64,000 nt of DNA from Octopus sinensis (taxonomy: Eukaryota): contig NC_042997.1 of the NCBI RefSeq assembly GCF_006345805.1, forward strand, positions 174,406,001-174,470,000, given 5' to 3'. Shown here in pieces: positions 29,313-41,689 of this stretch. The translations under genes were made by a program, and so were the position numbers. The notes under the pieces were generated by a model. It did no database searches, was not told where the DNA came from, and was given only the letters and a program-made list of their open reading frames with translations. Each line of letters starts with the position of its first letter. Position 1 is the first letter of the stretch.

Positions 29313-29699
29313 CTAGCAGTATCGCCCGGCGTTGCTCAGGTTTGTAAGGGAAATAACTATAAAGCATTTTTAGAGAGTTATAGCCAAAAAATGGGAAAAA
29401 AATGGAAAAAAAATGATGGTAAATTTTTTTTTGAGAGTAAAAAAAGTTTGAGTTGCGTCCCCTAGACAGTCTGTGGTTTATTTTTTTTGATTCTCGACCC
29501 CATGTCGAATTTATCGATTTTTTTCAGAACTGGGGGAACTTTTCAAAATTTTCGCTGCGTTAGTTTTGAATTATGACATTGGGCTATGTGTGTGTCAAGT
29601 TTCATCAGAATCGGTTGAAAGCCGTGGTCAGAGTGAGGGTACGAGAAAACAGACACACAGAAACACGCACAGACAAACTGCCGTTTATATAGAGAGAGA
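29313..29699 (-). mobile_element. Non-autonomous Helitron
   Basis: On the minus strand: 5' TC start (A|TCTCTCTCTATATAAAC), GC-rich hairpin CCTGAGCAACGCCGGG 12 nt before a CTAG 3' end, insertion between A and T, no TSD. These are canonical Helitron termini. Confidence 0.8.
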
Positions 29700-30032
29700 T
29701 AATTATAATGCTTTTATATTCATATTTATTGCACAGAAATACTAGGGCAGTCTAAATATTTTTCAGCGGTAGCTAACCCACCCTTGGCCACAACTTGACA
29801 GCTATGATGCAGACGAATCTTTTCTTTGTTCGCCTTGATAACGATTATTTGTCGCACGTAAATTTGCTTAGATCATAAAAATTATTTTTAAATAGTTTTA
29901 AAGCTTAGGAGCAACTTCTCTCTTTATTTTCATCGTAGTAGCCTCACTATCAATGACAATCCAAATCTAAATGGTCTACTATGATCAAAGACGTTCCAAT
30001 CATGATCATCTTTTGTTTTTGAGACATTAGAT

Positions 30033-30354
30033 CAGTGGTTCACAACTTCTTTTTTTTTTTTTTGACCTATGGACACCTTCGGTTAATATTTTACTCTGAG
30101 ATACCACCATCGCCACTCAAAGTTTAAAAATTTGTTTCATTGATACTTCTTTTAAAATTCCTATTTTGTTTTCCAGACATTTACTTGTGTAGTTTGAACT
30201 TATTAAAACATTAAAGAAAGAAATCATGCTAATTCTTACATCTAAAGCAAAACATTTTTCATGGACACTTAAACTATTACCGCGGGTCTCCAATTTACTA
30301 TTTTGATTCTGTGAACACCTAAAAATTTATATGGACGCCTGTTGAGAACCACTG
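30033..30354. mobile_element. hAT-superfamily MITE
   Basis: TIR CAGTGGTTCACAAC and GTTGAGAACCACTG (13/14 match). 8-bp TSD CATTAGAT (30025-30032) and CATTAGCT (30355-30362). Confidence 0.9.
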
Positions 30355-30904
30355 CATTAGCTGCATTTTATTAAATGACATTCCCATTTTTAAGGAAGTA
30401 GTGTATGATTTCACTGAGTTTCTGCTACTATTTTTGGCAGACTGAGTGACCACAAAGAATTTTTTTTCATTGACTTGTACTAAGTTGGATACATGATAGC
30501 TGAAAGTATCATCACTAATAAGTGTGTGTCATACCGTTCATTGCTCGTAAAATAAATAGTATATGAAATTTGTCACTTTTTTTTTTACTTATTAAGTTAC
30601 ATAATTTACTTCTATTCGTGACTATACAGTGAATTTCTGAAAGTTTGTACAGCAGCTCTTCGAAGACGGGATGACGAAACTCGATGCATTTACAAGAAAG
30701 TCATATTTTCTTTTCCGGATGTGCAGCTATAAAAAAATTTTTTTTTTTTTTCTCTCTCTAGTTTCAGCTCAGAGCTGCAGCCATGCTGATGCACAGCCGT
30801 TTTGCTACACTGTTATTACTGAGGGCCTCCTCTAATATGTGGCACTTGGTGAAGAATGGCGTTTGATGTAGCTACCCTCATTTGCACCTCTTGCCGTGAG
30901 GTAG

Positions 30905-31133
30905 GTTGTCTGTGTATATGTTTGTGTGTCTGTGTTCGTTCCCCACAACATCGCTTGACAACCAATGCTGGTGTGTTTACGTCTCCGTAACGTAGCGGTT
31001 CGGCAAAAAGAGACCAATAGAAGAAGTACTAAGCTTACAAAGAAGAAGTCCTGGGGTCGATTTGCACGACTAAAGCCGGTGCTCCAGCATGGCCACAGTC
31101 AAATGACTGAAACAAGTAAAAGAATAAAAGAGT
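30905..31133 (+). mobile_element. SINE family C 3' half
   Basis: TCGCTTGACAACCAATGCTGG through GGTGCTCCAGCATGGCCACAGTCAAATGACTGAAACAAGTAAAAGA. Confidence 0.88.
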
Positions 31134-31612
31134 AAATATAAACAAAAAAAATGTTTTGGAAGACGCACAATGTAAAAGCGCACCGTTAATGCAAGTCAGA
31201 TGAAACGCCATTCTAATGTCTAAAACCACAAACATTACATAAATTTTCACTTCGAATCTTTTGTGCAAACTGGTGTAACAAGCAGATTTGGTACAGGAAC
31301 ACTAGTAACAAATCATCAAAGATATGTTCAGGAATTTCTGTCTTATTATTATTTGGATTATAATTTACTCTTCGCGAAACCCACGCAACTGTGTTACCGT
31401 CGTGAAACCAGTTTTCTACACCTGAAGAATTTCCGCATTGGTCAGGAACCCGACAGTGTTGATAGCCCAGAATTTCAGATTGAGTGCTTCTCCTGAAATA
31501 ACCTACCTTTATATCGGGACCTAAGATTATATGTAAATGCGCGAGCGTTTGTATGTGTATTTATAAGCACCTGCTTATATATATATTGCAGCTGGATAGA
31601 TAGATATATAGA

Positions 31613-31949
31613 TATGTTTCTTTATTAGCCACACAGGGCTGCACACAGACGGGACAGATTACAAAGTAGAGCTTTTCTTTTTGGGGAGAAAAAAAGAAAC
31701 TGGGGTAGGTTTTCGATCAAAAGGGGTCGTAAAAGGGAAAAGAAAGAGAAAAAACACAAAACGATCAATAGGGATCGTGTATCATAGAAATGTCATGATA
31801 TAAATTGTGAAGGGAGAAGCAGATAAGGTTTATCCGTGAAAAGAAAAGCCTACAGAAAAGGCCACGGTAACCGCGGTCAATAATGTCACATGTTAACACA
31901 TTTGTTTGCAAGTAAGTTACCCTCTGTTTTAAATTTTTCAGGGTTCATA
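31613..31949 (-). mobile_element. Tx1 LINE copy 3 (3' UTR only)
   Basis: ATGTTTCTTTATTAGCCACACAGGGCTGCACACAG terminus, flanked by GATA repeats on both sides. Confidence 0.92.
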
Positions 31950-31964
31950 GATAGATAGATAGAC

Positions 31965-32020
<56 letters not shown>

Positions 32021-32031
32021 GGATGGATAGG

Positions 32032-32079
<48 letters not shown>

Positions 32080-32081
<2 letters not shown>

Positions 32082-35000
32082 TGTTTCTTTATTAGCCACA
32101 CAGGGCTGCACACAGATAGAACAAATTACAAGGTAGAGCTTTTTTTTGAAGGTATTAAAAAAAAAAATAAAATAAAATAAAAAAAAAGGAAGGGGGAGGT
32201 TCGATCAAAAGGGATCGTAAAAGGAGAGAACGAGGACAAAAATAAGGGGGGTTAAAAAAAAAAAAAAAAAAAAAGGGGGGGAGAGGAAAAAAAATGATCA
32301 ATAGGGATCGTTATCACAGAAATGTCAATATGAAGTGTAAAGGGGAGGACAGGTGAGGTTTACCGTGGAAAGAAAAGCCTGCGGAAAGACCACGGTAACC
32401 TCGGTCAATGAAGTCACATTTTATATTTCTTTTTTTTTTTTTTTTTGCAAATAAGAAACTCTCTGTTTTCGATTTTGGGTTCATAGGACTATGCTCAGGT
32501 GGCTTCGTCATTCATACGTGCCATTCTTGCTACATTCACCCATCTTTTTTTAAAACATCGCTAGACACAAAACTTGCCTCTCTACTCTCACTTTCCTTTT
32601 CAAGTGGTACTTGAAGAAGTTGATGAAAGATTGACCAGAGAGGAAAGTGTTTCTCTCCAATCCTTTCAGACGCGTCCACCAGATACATTCTTTCGCCATA
32701 GCACAAGGATGATGAAAATAGCTCTTCCTTCCCGTTTGAAGGAAGGAGGCGTGACAATATTGACGATAGACTCAGCTGATAAACCGACTCGTCCCACACG
32801 TGACAGCAGTTGTGTTCGACATAAGCCCACAGGTCGGAATTGTTGGACACTGAACGAGTGCGTGCAGAACGGTTTCGCGCTCTGACCGCATCTCGGGCAG
32901 GTCGCCCCGTGTTTCTCGAGCCGTGTCTGTAGAGCTTATCCCGAACGGGTAGCGCTTCTCGTTAGCACTGCCAGGCCAGGGATCTCTGGAAGTTGTCCAT
33001 GGGCCCTGGCCCGAAAGTCGTCCCGAACGGCGGGTCAGGTACTCCTCGTCGACGTCCAGGTTCGCCCCGAGCTCGTCGTCGTACCTCCCCTCCACTAAAC
33101 CCCTATAGAACGCTTTGGTTGTGTTGAAGTCACTTAAGGTCGACCCAGGACGGCAGAGTTGCTTGAGAGCAACGCGACACTCGCGGTGTCCATTCGCCTT
33201 CCTCGGCCTCTTTTTGATCCACGACTGCAGTTCGGTCATGGAGACGAGCTGCGGGAAAGCGTGCCTCACAAAAACGGCGACCACACCTGTTCACCGTCGT
33301 CTACATAGAGCCAGAGATGTCGCAGTCTCAGCGCGTGTCTGCGCATCATCAACCACGGCATGCCCAGCCCTCCTTTTAAAGGGTGTTGACAGCAATGGAT
33401 GGATCGCCTGACCATCGGGACGCATCCTTTCCACAAGAAGCGAAAGAGGATGCGTTTTAGTTTGGTGATGGTAGGGTCGGGAAAAAGTACGACGGTCAGG
33501 CGGTAGTAGATGACGGACGCGATGTACGTGTTCGCCACCATCCGCTCCGATCTTTTAGGGACAGTTTCCTCTCGGGCCCATTGCCGGGCGATAGTGACCA
33601 CCCTACTCGTTATCTCGTTCCAGTTCTTCTCCACTTGGAGGTCCGGACCAAACCAGACCCCGAGCAACTCAACCGGGCCGTCGTCCGCGTCCACGACGGA
33701 GGCGCTGGTGGACGGCATGGGCTTGCTTCTCCAGGTGCCTAGTCGCAAGCCCACTGACTTTTCCCGTTGATTTTCGCTCCTGTCACCGCTTCGTAGTTTT
33801 TCAGTGTCTCGCCGACCAGCTCGATGTGCTCGTGGCTAGACACTATGACGGTGACGTCGTCCGCGTATGCAGACACGCTCGTCCCGCATCCCAATTCTCG
33901 CGGGATGCCCCTTAGAGTCGCCAGCTTCCGCAGTAGTGGCTCAGAGTCATACGTATAGAAGCGCCGAGAGGGAGCATCCCTGACGGACCGAACGTGCAAT
34001 GTCGAAAGGTCTCGATAGATGTCCATTTACGCGAATTACCGAACGGATGCCTCTGTACAAGGCAGTTATCCAGCCGCGGAAACGGGACCGAAACCAGCCG
34101 CTCTCAGGACTGCCTCCAAGTATCGATGGTCTACCCTATCAAAGGCTTTCGATTGATCCAAGTTGATCATGGCCCCACCCATGCCAGGTTCGTTAACTAC
34201 CCTGTCTATGATGTAGCGCATCAGATGGAGGTTGTCATGGATGGTCCGGCCTGGCACGGCGCATGTTTGCGCCTTGTCGACCAGTTTCTCGATGACAAGC
34301 GCCAACCTCTTGGCTAGCACTTGGCCAAAATTTTCAAGTCTGCATTAAGCAGGTGATGGGCCTAAAGTTATCTATTACATTTCCTTTGTTTAGATCTTTC
34401 TTCAGCAGTGTTACGGCTCCTCGGCTCACAAAACCAGGAATGCTCCCGTTTTGCTGCCAGTTGCAGTACACCGCCGCCAAGAGATCTCCAAACAAGTCTG
34501 GCATACAATTGTAAAGCTCGTAGGGTAGACCATCCAAACCCGGTGATTTGTCCCCGAGCATTCTGCCATCGCTTCCCGCACTTCCGCCGCCGTGATGGCA
34601 CCTTCGCAGCACCCTGCCTTTCTTGTCGAGAGTCGTGGTAGGCTATGTAGGTAGGCACTGAAGTCCACCCTACGTTCTGCCCTCCACTCGTTCCGAACAG
34701 TCGGGGCAAAATGCTGCTGAAAGGCTCACACATTTTTCTTGGCTCGAGCAATTCGCGCCCCTGTTCATCTACCAGTGACCGAATGGTGGCTTTGTTGCCC
34801 TGTGCGCTCTGCCACGGGCCTCTTCGCGGCTCTCTTCGCGGCTCCAAACCTTCGTTTCCTTAGAGCACGCAATCCTAGCTCTGACAGCACATCCTTCGTG
34901 TTTGGCGTTAAGTGTTGGTCGAGGGCCAACCTCGCCGCCAAAACGTCGGATGCGATGCCGCTTCTAATTGCCTCTTCTAGCTTCTAACTAGCTCACACCC

Positions 35001-35412
35001 TCTACTCTATTTCTATCTATGGCTAGTGCTTTGCTGTACCTAATCGCTTCTGCTTTTAACTGCTCTCTTGAGGGCAAACCACCATTTGTTGTTGATGATG
35101 GCTCCCGTCAAAGCCCTCTTTACTAGTGTGCTAATCCGGTCTCTGAAAACTTGTCTCGATGGGAAAGACGCGTTTAGTTTCCAGTATCCGGGACCCTGCC
35201 TAAGTGTCTTACCTAAGTCTAGCGTACATGTCACAAGTTTTGTGATCCGTGTAGCTGACTATGTGGAATTGTGGACATCCTATGCTATCTCTATCTACTG
35301 TCCTACACAGTATCCTATCTAGATACGATCTCGACGACCCGATGCGGTTGCTCCATGTCCACGTTGGCGCATTCGGGTGGTCTAGTCGAAACCTGTCAGA
35401 CAGTTGAAAGCA
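32080..35412 (-). mobile_element. Tx1 LINE copy 4, ~3.3 kb: C-terminal APE endonuclease, RT, zinc finger and 3' UTR, with many single-base frameshifts
   Basis: WTWSN...SYLDRIL...YTDHK (APE end), GPGYWKLNAS, KSPGLDGLPYELY, NFRPIT, GRTIHDNL, INLDQSKAFDRVDH, VRQGC.LS and YADDVT. Colinear with copy 1. Confidence 0.95.
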
Positions 35413-35415
35413 GAT

Positions 35416-35773
35416 ATGTTTCTTTATTAGCCACACAGGGCTGCACACAGACAGAACAAATTACAAGGTAGAGATTTTCTTTTGGGGGTAAAAAAAAGGG
35501 GGTTGGTTTTCGATCAAAAGGGATCGTAAAAGGAAAGAAAGAGGACAAAAAAAGGGGAGGATTTAAGAAAAAGGGGGGAGAGGGGAAAAAATAGAAAAGG
35601 GGAGAGGAAAAAAAAGTTGATCAATAGGGATCGTAATCACAGAAATGTCAATATGAAGTGTAAAGGGGAGGACAGGTGAGGTTTACCCGTGGAAAGAAAA
35701 GCCTACGGAAAAGACCACGGTAACCTCGGTCAATGAAGTCACATGTTATATTTCTTTTTTTTTTGCAAATAAG
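35416..35773 (-). mobile_element. Tx1 LINE copy 5 (3' UTR only)
   Basis: Same 3' terminus. Its 5' side enters (GATA)n 35778-35956 and its 3' end is joined to the 5' end of copy 4 through only AGATA. Confidence 0.92.
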
Positions 35774-35803
35774 CAAAGATAGATGGATGGATAGATGGAT
35801 AGG

Positions 35804-35836
<33 letters not shown>

Positions 35837-35854
35837 GGATAGATAGATAGATAA

Positions 35855-35956
<102 letters not shown>

Positions 35957-37350
35957 GTGCATGGATAGCTATCTCCCAACCAAAAGATTTTTGTTCGCGT
36001 CTCATATTTTTGATTCGAAGTGAATATTGAAATTAATAGCTTTTATAGTAGTGAGACACACACCAAACTCGATGTATGAACGTGTGCCTGTTTCTTTAAA
36101 TGAGAAAGAATGTAAGGGAAAAGAATGCGGGGAAAAAAATTACGATAGATAACACGGAAAGAAAGAAAGTGTTGCAGAGTTTAGGGGAGGAGAGAGAAAT
36201 GGAAAATAAAGAGATAAACATCGTCAAGTACAAAAAATATTCTAGATATCTGTCAAAGATAAACGAAAGAACGAAGAGCAAACACACGAAACAATATCAC
36301 TATCTTCAACATCATTATATAATTCACTGAGTGCCAATGTGTGCGCGTGTGTATGTATGTATGTATTATGTATGTATGTATGTATGTATGTATGTATGTA
36401 TGTATGTATGTATGCATGCATGTATGTATGTATGTATGTATGTATGTATGTATGTATGTATGTATGTGTGCAAGCAACTATGTGCGTCGTTGCTTGCTAA
36501 TATATATATATACATACATACATATATACATAAATACATACATACATATCCATATACATTCATGAACCTATATATATACGTATATTTATACATATATACA
36601 ACACGTATATATACGTATATATATATATAATACATATATTATATATATATATATATATATAATAGATATAGATATATATATATATTATATATATATATAT
36701 ATATATAACATATAATATTGAACATATATATGCATACACACACATATATACACTCACAAAATTATATAATGATGATGATTGTAAATATTATTTGTGTGCT
36801 TTGCACCTCGTTTTTCCGTTTTATTATATATATATATATATATATACGTGTACACAAAAATATACGTATGTACATCTAAGTGTTTGGAGAGAAAGTGGAA
36901 ACAGAGAGAAAAGGACATACATCATACAAATATATATATACTCTCATTTAGTAACATATATAAAGATATACTTATATGTGGTGTACGAGTGACACATTCG
37001 TATGTTTATTATATATTTCTCAATTGATAAATGAAACATTTTTGTTTCCTTTTTGTCCTTCTTTTCATATCTGCTTCCTTGAAATATTGTTTCATTTAAC
37101 GATATCGGTCTGATTATATTTGTTTATTTCTCTTTATATACAATTGTTCCCCTTTCCCCGCTGCAATATTATCGCTATTAGGGCCCCTAAAAAAAATCTA
37201 TGTGATAAAAACAACAGATTTGATATATAAAGACTACCCAGAAAACAGCTGATTTTTGTGAGTAATTCTTTGAAAATCTAAGACTTTATTTATATATATA
37301 AGGCATCGTCATCCACTACCACCCAATCTTATCTATTATACATATATATG

Positions 37351-37417
<67 letters not shown>

Positions 37418-37422
37418 GTATG

Positions 37423-37455
37423 TTTCCGACGAAGAGCTCCTCTCGAAACGTCAAA
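37423..37455 (+). ncRNA. Minimal type I hammerhead-ribozyme-like motif (U4C variant), probably a Penelope pLTR remnant
   Basis: TTT CCGACGA A GAG-CTCCT-CTC GAA ACGT C AAA: core, stem II, palindromic stem III and GUC triplet. Truncated by the gap. Confidence 0.45.
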
Positions 37456-37555
37456 NNNNNNNNNNNNNNNNNNNNNNNNNNNNNNNNNNNNNNNNNNNNN
37501 NNNNNNNNNNNNNNNNNNNNNNNNNNNNNNNNNNNNNNNNNNNNNNNNNNNNNNN
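37456..37555. other. Assembly gap (100 N)
   Basis: Run of N. Confidence 1.
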
Positions 37556-37766
37556 ATAGGGCACAGAAAGTGTGCTTATAGCCAGCTGGAGGAGATGTTC
37601 TCCTGGGGCTACAAGCTACAGTAACACACACCCTTAGGGTTAGCCATATTGAGATGGCAAATATATCTCACGTTGTCGTGCAGTTACTGTTTATACCATC
37701 GTTCAGAGATTTATTATTGTATATATATATAATTCTATTTACTATATATAGTTATCTATATTATAG

Positions 37767-37804
<38 letters not shown>

Positions 37805-38569
37805 TATATACATATATATAATATATATATTAATATATATATATATTAGATTACACACACACACACATTATATCATACATATATATAAACGAAATGACGA
37901 GATGCACGCAGTTTACTAATTTTCATATACTTTATAACGGAATATTTATATAGTCTACCGGTTTCAGGTTTTGCTAATCATGACTGAATTTCGCGTTTTC
38001 CTGATCATGGCTGGGTTTTGTGCTTTGCTAATCATTACTATGTTCGTAAATTAACCAGCATGTACATAAATATAAAGGAAAGTGATTGTTATTGTTCGAG
38101 ATAGGGAGGTAATTGCACTTTTTTGTGGGTACATTTTTTGCGGAGTTACACTTTCTTTGAAGGCTCAATATATAGTATTTATATTAAGAAGTTATAATTT
38201 CATGAATTGAAATAATAAAATAAAATACAAACAAAGTTGGTTATGCGTTCATGAATTAAGATATTTTCAATATCCAGATTTCGTTATATGTTCATATTCA
38301 TGGGCGTTTGCATTTTTCATGAATTAGTTACCCTTTTTTAATCGTTGATGTGGGGCGGGATGTACATATGAAGACAAAGAAAGAGCTTAACAAATCTTGA
38401 ACGACCGGTTACAATTTCTTACATACCATTAAGCTTTTAACGCCATTACACGAAGGCGTTAAAACAACTGGTACTGAAACAATTGTAAGTAGTCATGAAA
38501 GCTGTGGTAAACGCTTTCTTTGTTTTCTTATTTCAATTATATTTTAGTCTTTGCTAGACTCACACATAG

Positions 38570-38700
38570 TCTGTACAGGTGCATTTTCCACGCACAGAAT
38601 TTCAATCTCCCTCAAGACTCCATCTCAAGAATGTAGATATCTTGACCTCGAGCTAAGTGCAGCAACGAAAATACACCGATCGATTTACTACCTTCACGAT
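38570..38700 (+). mobile_element. Possible Penelope-like RT thumb remnant
   Basis: [11 protein letters not shown]...IHRSIYY resembles the PLE thumb motif (FLD...TSIYxKP). Short and decayed. Confidence 0.3.
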
Positions 38701-38843
38701 ATAAAAAGTATACAGATATATATTTGTACATATATATATATACATACATATATATATATATGTGTGTGTGTATGTGTATGTATATATCTATGTATATATA
38801 TATATATGTATATGTATATATATATATATGTATATAATGTATG

Positions 38844-38925
<82 letters not shown>

Positions 38926-40249
38926 CTACATATACACTTGCGATTGTCCTTGGCTAACCTTTAAGAACAGGCCCATACGTACCACATACATATCTCATGC
39001 ACATACATTTATATACATATACATATGTGTGTATACATATATATATGAGTATGCATATACACATATACGTGTGTATATTTGTATATTTGTGTCTGTGCGT
39101 GCATACATGTATATACGTATACATATGTGTGTATACATATGAGTATGCATGTACACATATACGTGTGTATATTTGTGTCTCTGCGTGCGTGTGTGTTTGT
39201 GTGCGTGTGTTTGTGTGTGTATGAGTGTGTGAGCAGAGTTTTCAACAAAATACACACTTATCATTCTTCATCTCTGAAAATAAACAGTTGGCTACAGATA
39301 TTTATCTCAATATTACTTATGTCCAAAAGACAATCTATAAACATATAGATATGAATAAATATGAGAAATGAGTTTATAAAAATATGTACGTAAATACTGG
39401 AAGAAATACGCAGAGCAGCTACTTAAAGTATACGTATCATGACAGAAGTTCTGTCATCACTATAAATATGTATATTAATAAAATACTATGTGAATATACA
39501 AAATTCAAAAACCATTTAGATACAGACATAAACACGGAGAAACTGATGGTACATATTTATACAATTTATAGCCCGCATGCAAATATGTAGACACAAATAT
39601 ATATATTTGTGTGTGTGTGTGTGTGCGCGCGCGCGCGTGTGTGTGTCTTTGTGTGGATGCATGCGTGTATGCGTGTGTACGTGCGTGTGTGTGTTTGTTA
39701 TGCGCATGTGTTCGTAATGTATACTTATATATACATGTATACTTATTATAGGCGCATTTCAACCAATCGGTTTCGCACAGGTTATTAGATAGTGAGACGA
39801 TTACGTGAGACTACACTCATCAAAGTTGCTGGTATGGAAAAAAATGGTGACAGCTCTCTGTTACTGGAGGTGAGGAAATGTCACTACCGGTTTGTCAGTG
39901 CTGTGGAGAGGAAACAAAACGTATAACGGATAACGGCTCCGAGATAGGATTGCATTAAATTTTATATCATCTGCCCCCAAAACTTGAGTCAGTGGCACTT
40001 GCTAACAAATGAGTTTGGGAGCGGGTGATGTGGCGTTGATATGTGTATAGATGTAGGAGGGAAGAGATCAGTTGGGTGCTCAAACCTTAATAATCATATG
40101 TCGCTTAATAATCATAATCATATGCGTATGAGCGTTAGTGTATGGTTGTGCATAGGCAAAAAGTTTGTGGATGGCGACAGGAAGACCCAACGTTTATAAT
40201 CATGGTGGATCCTGTAGATAACCGATAACATACTCCCTTCCTTGAGAGC

Positions 40250-40500
40250 ATGAGCTGAAAAGAATTATATCAAAACACTCTCTTCAACTGGACATCTTCT
40301 TCGTCTCTTTTCGTTTTGTATGGGGGAACTCGAGGTTGGTAAAAATATAGCATACGAGTATAAAAACCCTTTGGACAGAAACAATAGTTGAGGTGCGACT
40401 GGAACACACGACAGTTTTTCTACTAGTGGATCTAGGTAAACCTTCGAATTTCTTTATCCGTTTTAGATACATATTCACTTACAAATATATTTGACACGCT
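40250..40500 (-). mobile_element. Possible Penelope GIY-YIG remnant
   Basis: EYVSKTDKEIRRF and CVPVAP...NEKRRRR segments loosely parallel the GIY-YIG fragment at 42.1-42.4 kb. Confidence 0.3.
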
Positions 40501-40649
40501 TTTTTATTTACCAAAATTATATTCGCGATTTCTTTGTCATCCCAGAGAAATGCTAGATGTCACTTGCCAAAAACCCATCATAGAACAAAGCAAAATTTAT
40601 AAGCACACAACTATGCTTGTTTATCATCCCTTTACTTTAATTAGATGAT

Positions 40650-41248
40650 TAGTGATTAGATGCAGGATAATCACCTAAACACTACCCAAACCCACCATTG
40701 CACCCTAAAAAGATAGAGGTCACTGTATGGTGGTCCGCGAAAGGAGTTGTTCATTATTCATTTTTGCAACAAGGAAAAACGGTAACAGCAACATCGTATT
40801 GACAGGAAATTTGTATGCATGAGAATTTGAAAAAGAAGTAACCCAGACTAGTGAATAGAGATGGCCCAATATTGCTCCATGACAATGCACGTCCTCACAT
40901 TCCTCAAGCTACTATCCGAAAGTTGCAAAGCTTGAATTATGAGATTTTGAAACATTCTCCCTATTCCCCCGATATCTCTCCTACTGCTCACTTATTTAAG
41001 CATTCTGAGCTTTTCATAAGCAATAAAACAGATTTAGATAGAGAAGAGGTATTTGCAGCATCCAGATAGTTTATCACAGCAAAAGATGATTTTTTTTTAA
41101 AAGATGGAATATATGACATAGAGAAACGTTGAGTAAACGTCATAAATGAACATGGATCATACTTTGATTAAATAAATCATTTCTCTAACACTTCTGAAAC
41201 ATTTTATTATTACTTTTCAAATACGACATTTCGTGTGAAACAACCTAA
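40650..41248 (+). mobile_element. Mariner (Hsmar1/SETMAR-like) 3' half with right TIR
   Basis: PKHYPKPPLHPKK.EVTVWWSAKGVVHYSFL and GPILLHDNARPH...HSPYSPDISPT. Terminus CGACATTTCGTGTGAAACAACCTAA followed by TA. Confidence 0.9.
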
Positions 41249-41524
41249 TATATACAAACTGCTTTGAATGTACGGATACAGTAAGATTGTAGCTATGTTG
41301 CTGTTAAAGGAATTATCGTTTTAAAGGGATTAGTATTTGATTTCTTGGTACTGTTTATTTATTCTTCATGGTTGGTTACACTTGCGATTGTCCTTGGCTG
41401 ACCTTTTAAGAACAGACCCATGCGTACACACACATACTCATATACAGTTATATTTGCATATACATGAAAGTGAAGCTAAATCTTTATATTGTGCTCTATA
41501 TTGTATTCTTAACAGAATATAACA

Positions 41525-41555
<31 letters not shown>

Positions 41556-41689
41556 CTATATATATATATATATATGTAGAGGTAATGCACGAATAAGTAG
41601 ATATTTATGAAAAAGAAGAACTAAGATACTACCTTTTTAAAAATTAGGTACATTTAAATTTCTTGACATAAATACATTTTAAAAAATGA

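Noticed and set aside
38435-38464. 10-bp hairpin TTTTAACGCC/GGCGTTAAAA; also the palindrome ATGACAGAAGTTCTGTCAT at 39439-39457
   Set aside because: Isolated short inverted repeats are expected at this frequency in AT-rich DNA and have no associated termini or core motifs.
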